NCBI RefSeq assembly: GCF_009914755.1 | Contig: NC_060936.1 | Direction: 5' to 3' (one strand) | Length of the DNA: 64,000 nucleotides | DNA from: the human T2T-CHM13v2.0 reference genome, Homo sapiens | In this document: positions 51,566 to 64,000 of the stretch, piece by piece | Layout: each line of letters begins with the position of its first letter | Numbering within the stretch: the first letter of the stretch is position 1 | Translations under genes and position numbers: made by a program | Notes under the pieces: generated by a model | What the model was told of the DNA's origin: nothing | The model's database searches: none | The model's input: only the letters and a program-made list of their open reading frames with translations

Positions 51566-51850
51566 GCTGGGCACGATGGCTCACGCCTGTAATCCCAACA
51601 CTTTGGGAGGCTGAGGCAGGAACGCTTGAACCGAGGAGTCTGAGACAAGCCTGGGCAAGATGGTGAGACTCAGTCTTACAAAAAATAAATTAGCTGGGCC
51701 TGATGCCCCACACCTGTGGTCCCGGCCACACGGGAGGCTGAGGCAGGAGGATCACTTGAGCCCAGGAGATCGAGGCTCCAATTAGCTATGTTTGCACCAC
51801 TGCACTCCTGCCTGTGCAACAGAGCAAGACCCTGTCTCAAAAAAAAACAA
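51566..51850 (+). mobile_element. AluJ
   Basis: Diverged dimer. Confidence 0.9.
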
Positions 51851-51962
51851 CAGATCCTTGACTTTCAAACACTACCAAATTATAAGCCAAATTTGCTGGC
51901 AATAAAGAAAAGAATAAAATCACATTCACAGACTCTGTTTATTTTCATCCTATTCAAAACAG

Positions 51963-52087
51963 ATACATCTTTGAACACAAAGGATGCCAGAGAATCCTGT
52001 TTATCAATAACTGTCAGATGACAGATGATTCAGAGTATTATGTGACAGCCGGTGATGAGAAATGTTCCACTGAGCTCTTCGTAAGAG
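51963..52087 (+). CDS. MYBPC1: MYBPC1 exon 13 (Ig C2, second half)
   Basis: [41 protein letters not shown]; aacag| ... GAG|gtaaaa. Confidence 0.96.
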
Positions 52088-52805
52088 GTAAAAATGAAAT
52101 CTCTTATTGTGGTCACCAGGAGCTGTTGGCTTCTTCTCCCAGGGATAATGATCAAAGTGAAAGTAACTGAGGCTCCTCTACACTGGCAGCTATTATGGAT
52201 CCTAATGAGTCTTCTGGTTTGTTGAAGACTAGAACAGCAGAGGGGAGAAAGAGAACCTGTTGAGTACAAATGCCTCATGTTTTGACTCAAGCCAAGCACT
52301 ATCTTGCAAAAATAATTATTCTAGTTATAGCTTTGAAACCCAACAGATTTTACTGGATAATCCTTGTTTCACACACTCAACTGATCACAAATAGGTTTCT
52401 CTTGAAACCAGCTTCATTAATAAGTGGTTGGTACCAAGCACACTGAAAATTATCATTTACTAAGACATTGTGAAAAGAGCTGGAGGGTGTGAATACAGCC
52501 ATGTCTTCCTTATTTTCTTTATGAGGGCTTCTGATGACAGACAACCCTGAGATCTCTGTCATCCATCTGGAACTAGGATCAAAGATTTGAGTTTTATATA
52601 TTCTCCTTCATCAGAAATGTCTAGCATTTAGTATCTTCTTTGCTAAAAGAATAATATTTGATATATGTTTTGTTTGTTCTTGAGAACAATAATTGATTTG
52701 ACTTGGAGAACTGTGAAAAAATTGGGAGAATTTACCCAGGGTTGCCTGCTATTTATTTTGCCAAGAACAGACATAGAAAACAAAACAAAACAAAACAAAA
52801 CTCAC

Positions 52806-53108
52806 AGACAGCCACAGTGGCTCATGTCTATAATACCAGCACTTTGGGAGGCCAAGGCACGTGATCACTTGAGATCAGGAGTTCAAGACCAGCCTGGCCA
52901 ATGTGGTAAAATCTCGTCTCTACTGCAAATGCAAAAATTAGTTGGGTGTAGTGGCATGCACCTGTAATCCCAGCTACTCAGGAGGCTGAGGCAGGAGAAT
53001 TGCTTGAACCTAGGGGGTGGAGGTTACATTAAGCCAAGATCACGCCACTACACCTCAGCCTGGACAGCAGAGTGAGACTCTGTCTCAAAACAAGAACAAA
53101 AACAAAAA
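52806..53108 (+). mobile_element. AluS
   Basis: Dimer with (AAAAC)-type tail. Confidence 0.9.
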
Positions 53109-53141
53109 CCTCACTTACTGTTATCACCATGTCAACCATAG

Positions 53142-53351
<210 letters not shown>

Positions 53352-53729
53352 TAAATAGCCTTAATGAAGTCTGTCCATGTTTAATAGACAAAAAAAATTG
53401 GACCTTCATAGTTGATAGAACAGGAAGTACAAATAGCTTTTAAACCTTTGAAAACAATCTCCACCTCATTTGTGTTAGTAGAGATGATAAATAAAAGTAT
53501 ACTAATATACTGGGGTTTTTCCACTCATGAGACTGAAAAAAGAACCAGAGATCTATGTGGGTAAGCACGTAGGGAAGTGGGTACTTAATACTAAGTGGAT
53601 GACTCAAGTTTACCCAAGTCTATTTGACCCCAAAGCCTATGGATGCTCTTAACCTTTATAGCAGGCTTCCTCTCACTATGCCATATTGGCAACTTACATG
53701 AAAAAACATATTTAGTGTTTAGTAAGTTT

Positions 53730-54738
<1,009 letters not shown>

Positions 54739-55509
54739 TGTAAAATGGATTTCATTCCAGCTAAGTGTCTATGTCAGATCAATCAGGATATTTAAGGAAG
54801 GAACCACGACTCAATTTAATAGTAGAGCGCCAATATTAGGAAGGAAGTATAAAAATCACCTGCCAGAAGAGTTATAATTCCAAGACCGTAAAAATAGGGG
54901 ATAAATACTTAGATACGATGTCATATCCTGATAATGTTAGCTAGCTATTCATCAAATAACCATTCAACACTCTGCAATTACATTTGGCATGAGAAGAAAG
55001 TAATTCAAACCAAAAGGGCTCAATTGAGAAGATTGTAAGAGCTAATTTGCTAGTAGGCTTCAGAGGCATGAGAGAATTAATGTACTTCCCTCAATGCCCT
55101 CTACTGCTAGTCAGTTAGCAATGGCAGAATCTCTCCCAATTTGCCATAAAAATTAAAACAGCAAATATCTCAAGATGATGTCACAAAAAGAGCAGAAATC
55201 TTACTTCCACATTTATTGCTTAGTCCAGTTGCAGTTCATATAATCATTGAATTATTCAGGATCAATCCCAATACATTCCTTATGCTTTATGGATCTGTGG
55301 CCATTTTAGTTTAACATCAAGAAGTCTTTCAGCCATAGACAGATCCTTATCTGATATTTGTATCCATTTAAAGCAATTATAATCCATTCTGCTATGATGT
55401 AACATGTGCATTTCTAAAAATAATTATGCTATGCAAAGTCATGCAGTAAAAACCATAGGGTTTGTAGGGGAAATGGGATTATGGGTATGACACTCAAGAA
55501 TTTTGCTGG

Positions 55510-55891
55510 TTTATTAGTCCGTTCTCATGCTGCTAATAAAGACATACCCAAGACTGGGTAATTTATAAAGGAAAAAGGTTCAGTTGACTCACAGTTCTGC
55601 ATGGCTGGGGAGACCTCAGGAAACTTACAATCATGGCAGAAGGGAAAGCAAATATGTCCTTCTTCACATACATGGTGGCAGCAAGGAGAAGTACCAAGCA
55701 AAATGGCAAAAGTCCCTTATAAAACTGTCAGATCTCATGAGAACTCAGTCACTATCATGAGAACAGCAGCAGGGGGGTAACCGCCCCCATGATTCAATTA
55801 CCTCCCACCACGTCCCTCCCATGACATGTGAGGATTATAGGAACTACAATTCAAGATGAGATTTAGGTGAGGGCACAGCCAAACCACATCA
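55510..55891 (-). mobile_element. THE1 (THE1C-like) MaLR solo LTR
   Basis: tattagtccgttctcatgctgctaataaagacataccc...cacagccaaaccacatca. Confidence 0.9.
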
Positions 55892-56416
55892 GTCAGCGAC
55901 ATATTTTTTAAAATATAAGAACCCAGTAAAAAGTAGTAGCACAGTTTTACACATGCTAAATGGTTAATAAATATAATAAATATGGCACTTAATGTTGAAA
56001 AAGACCTGAGATTTGCTTACAGAATTAATGCTGGAAGTGTTGTGGCTTGTGAACTGTTGTGAAGCAGTAGAAAGAGGATTATTCAAAATCTGATGAGTAG
56101 TTGTGACCTCAGATGTAAATGGGTGTGGCTTATATCACATGGATGAACTGAGGTAGCTGATAGATGTTTGAGGTGTGAGTCTGCAGATTTTGTGCATTCC
56201 TTGCTGGGTCATTTCAGCTGGATGCAATTTTCTGCATTCACCTAGTTTTTCTAAGGAATGAAATTGTACAGAATCAAATGTGAAATTATCCTCTAATATA
56301 TTAATTGCATTGGTACAGCTTCTCACTTTCAAAACAAATATTGTAGTAGAGCTCACTATACCATTGTGAAATGCCACCATCTTGGCCTGTTGGGAGTTTG
56401 GGCTTGGCATTTGTGA

Positions 56417-56599
<183 letters not shown>

Positions 56600-56863
56600 T
56601 AAGCGAGCCAGGTGACCCGCAAGTGAGGTTTGGTCCCATTTCTACTTTCTCCATTTTCTAAATTACATATTTGGTGAGGATATTTGAAGGGTAGCCATAG
56701 GGAGATCATCTATTCCTGATTCTTCGCTTCCAACTAGCAAGAAGGTGTGATTTCTCTGTTGTATAGCATGTCCTACTCATAATCCTGTATCTGTACCTCA
56801 CACTATGGTACTTTGTCTATTCAAAATCCATTGACTCTTTTTCCATTTAAACATGAAGTTAGA

Positions 56864-57152
56864 GGCCAGGCACCATGGCTCATGCCTGTAATCCCAACAC
56901 TTTGGGACGCCAAGGCAGACGGATCAATTGAGCTCAGGAGTTCAAGAGCTCCTGGGCTACATGGCAAAACCTCATCTCTACAAAAAACACAAAAATTAGC
57001 CAGGCGTGGTGGCATGCACCTGTAATCCCAACTACTTGGGAGGTGGGAGGATGGCTTGAACCCAGTAGGGGGAGGTTGAAGTGAGCTGAGATCACACCAC
57101 TGCATTTCAGCCTGGGAAACAGAATGAGAGACCTTGTCTCTAAAATAAATAA
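56864..57152 (+). mobile_element. AluJ
   Basis: TSD TAAACATGAAGTTAGA. Confidence 0.93.
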
Positions 57153-57304
57153 TAAACATGAAGTTAGAGGAAAAATACTGAATTCTAATTGAGGACCTGA
57201 TCAAATGGATTAACCGTCTCTAACCAATAAGTGTCACAATGCCTTCCCACAAATCTTTATTTGCGTAGGGGACATAATATCCTAGAATCTGGCAAAGATC
57301 TAAG

Positions 57305-57492
57305 GCAAGAGTTTAACTTTGAATTCATGGGCTTTTAGGGTATCATAAATGAACTTTAGGAAGCCCCATAACTCCTGTGAAATTGTGAGAAAATTCTATG
57401 TGTACAAAAATACATACTGTTTACACAGAAAGGATTCATAGTGTCCATCAGATATTCACTAGTTTGTGACCCCAATAAAGTTAAGAGCTATT
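57305..57492. mobile_element. MER103/Charlie-like hAT relic
   Basis: aggattcatag...catcagat...gtgacccc..aaagttaaga terminal motif. Confidence 0.45.
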
Positions 57493-57730
57493 GTTCTTAG
57501 GGTTTGGGATGTAAAGCCAAAATCAAGATTATTCTTGGCATCTCTTGAATCTTAAAGTATAGCATTATTGATATGTTCTATTTTAGCCTTTTTAAAGCTA
57601 TGAGATGAAAAAAAAGAATAATAGACTCTGCATATACAATAAGCAGATTCTATTTGTGGAGATAATTCCATATAGTCCAAAATAAAGATTTAATTTGAAT
57701 CAATAAGTAGGATAATTAAGGCTTCTCATC

Positions 57731-57765
<35 letters not shown>

Positions 57766-57772
57766 CCTCTCT
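57731..57772 (+). repeat. (CT)n microsatellite upstream of exon 17
   Basis: Direct reading. Confidence 0.9.
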
Positions 57773-57841
57773 TTCCTGCACTAAAGAAGTTAATCAGATA
57801 AAGGTCAAGTGTCTTTTCAGCTTGGGTCATATATAAACTAG

Positions 57842-57994
<153 letters not shown>

Positions 57995-58261
57995 TAGATA
58001 AAATAATTCATTGCATAGTTGCGTTCTTTTTTGTTTGCTTTTGCTTACCATGGAATTATAATATATTCAAAACTAAGTGACATTTAAGGAAAAATACATC
58101 AATTGGTATTAATCACCAATCAGAAAGATTGGTGACTTATACCAACACCTTACAATAAAATGGTTTTGCAAGGTGCCAGGCACCAACTATCTTGACTCCT
58201 CTTATATTCTTTTTGATTAGATAAAATATTGGTTACTACCATCATACTAGCCAAACATTAG

Positions 58262-58540
<279 letters not shown>

Positions 58541-58759
58541 TGAAGGTAGAAAACAAATAAATGTACAGCAGTACAGTAAAGATGTAATTCCTTTGAAAAA
58601 GAAAGATGACTGATTTTCAGGCAAATCTGATCATCATTAATTTACTTCTCATATTTCTGACTATTATGTAGCAAAGCATGTTTTGATGCACAGTGAAAAA
58701 GCCTCATTTTTATTCTAATGAAATTGGGGGGATGAAAAAGAAAATGAATTATTAAATAA

Positions 58760-59070
58760 ATAAATGAACAAAGTCACTTTGGATAGTAATAAGTACAAGA
58801 AGATAATAAAAGAGAATGATACAATAGCAAGTAACTGCATAGTCAATGGCAGCCTCTGTGAAGAACAAGGAACCCATTATGTGAAGATCAAACGGAAGAC
58901 ATTTCCATACGGAGGCAATTACAAGTGCAAAGGCCAAGGGGAGAGAATAAGCCTGATGTGTTGGAGGAACAGAAGGAAAGCCAGCATGGCTGGGGCAAAG
59001 TGAATGATTGGGAGAAATGCAAGTGAGGGTGAAATGGTAGAGTAGTGCCAGCTCAAGTGTGACTCCGTGG
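58760..59070 (-). mobile_element. L2 fragment
   Basis: caagtgcaaaggcc...tgttggaggaacagaaggaaagccagcatggctgg. Confidence 0.7.
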
Positions 59071-59126
59071 CTTTCTACAAAAATAAAAGCAAAAAAAAAA
59101 AAATTACATTTAAAAAGAAGACATGA

Positions 59127-63850
<4,724 letters not shown>

Positions 63851-64000
63851 AAAGGAGATGGATTAGCTTTGGGAGGGAGAAAAATAAAAAATAAATAAAA
63901 ACAAAAGAGAACATCTATTAAAATCTTACATTAGAATTTGGCTGATATGAGGAAATTTTGTTCTATTACAAAATGGAAGAATTAGAGAATTATTTCAGGT

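Overview
Primate (almost certainly human) genomic DNA containing the 5' half of MYBPC1 (slow skeletal myosin-binding protein C) on the + strand. It includes a TATA promoter, ATG at 182 and 18 coding exons that I could join by hand through GT-AG junctions into one open frame of 589 codons (Pro/Ala-rich N-terminus, Ig C1, M-motif, Ig C2-C4, start of C5). The gene continues beyond the window. Introns hold about 28 Alu copies, MIR/L2/L3 relics, hAT/TcMar DNA-transposon relics, a THE1 LTR, an old L1 and microsatellites. Nearly all ORFs in the supplied track are Alu/L1-derived or spurious. I see no new protein-coding system. The most interesting unexplained structure is: a TSD-flanked 3'UTR retrocopy with a nested Alu in intron 3; a 108-bp duplication of the exon 15 donor region placed upstream of that exon; two other locally templated copies; competing inverted Alus around the alternative phospho-exons; a splice-junction-encoded phospho-serine; and an intragenic CpG island with a G4 on the M-motif exon. 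Repeat subfamily names are from memory, not RepeatMasker.
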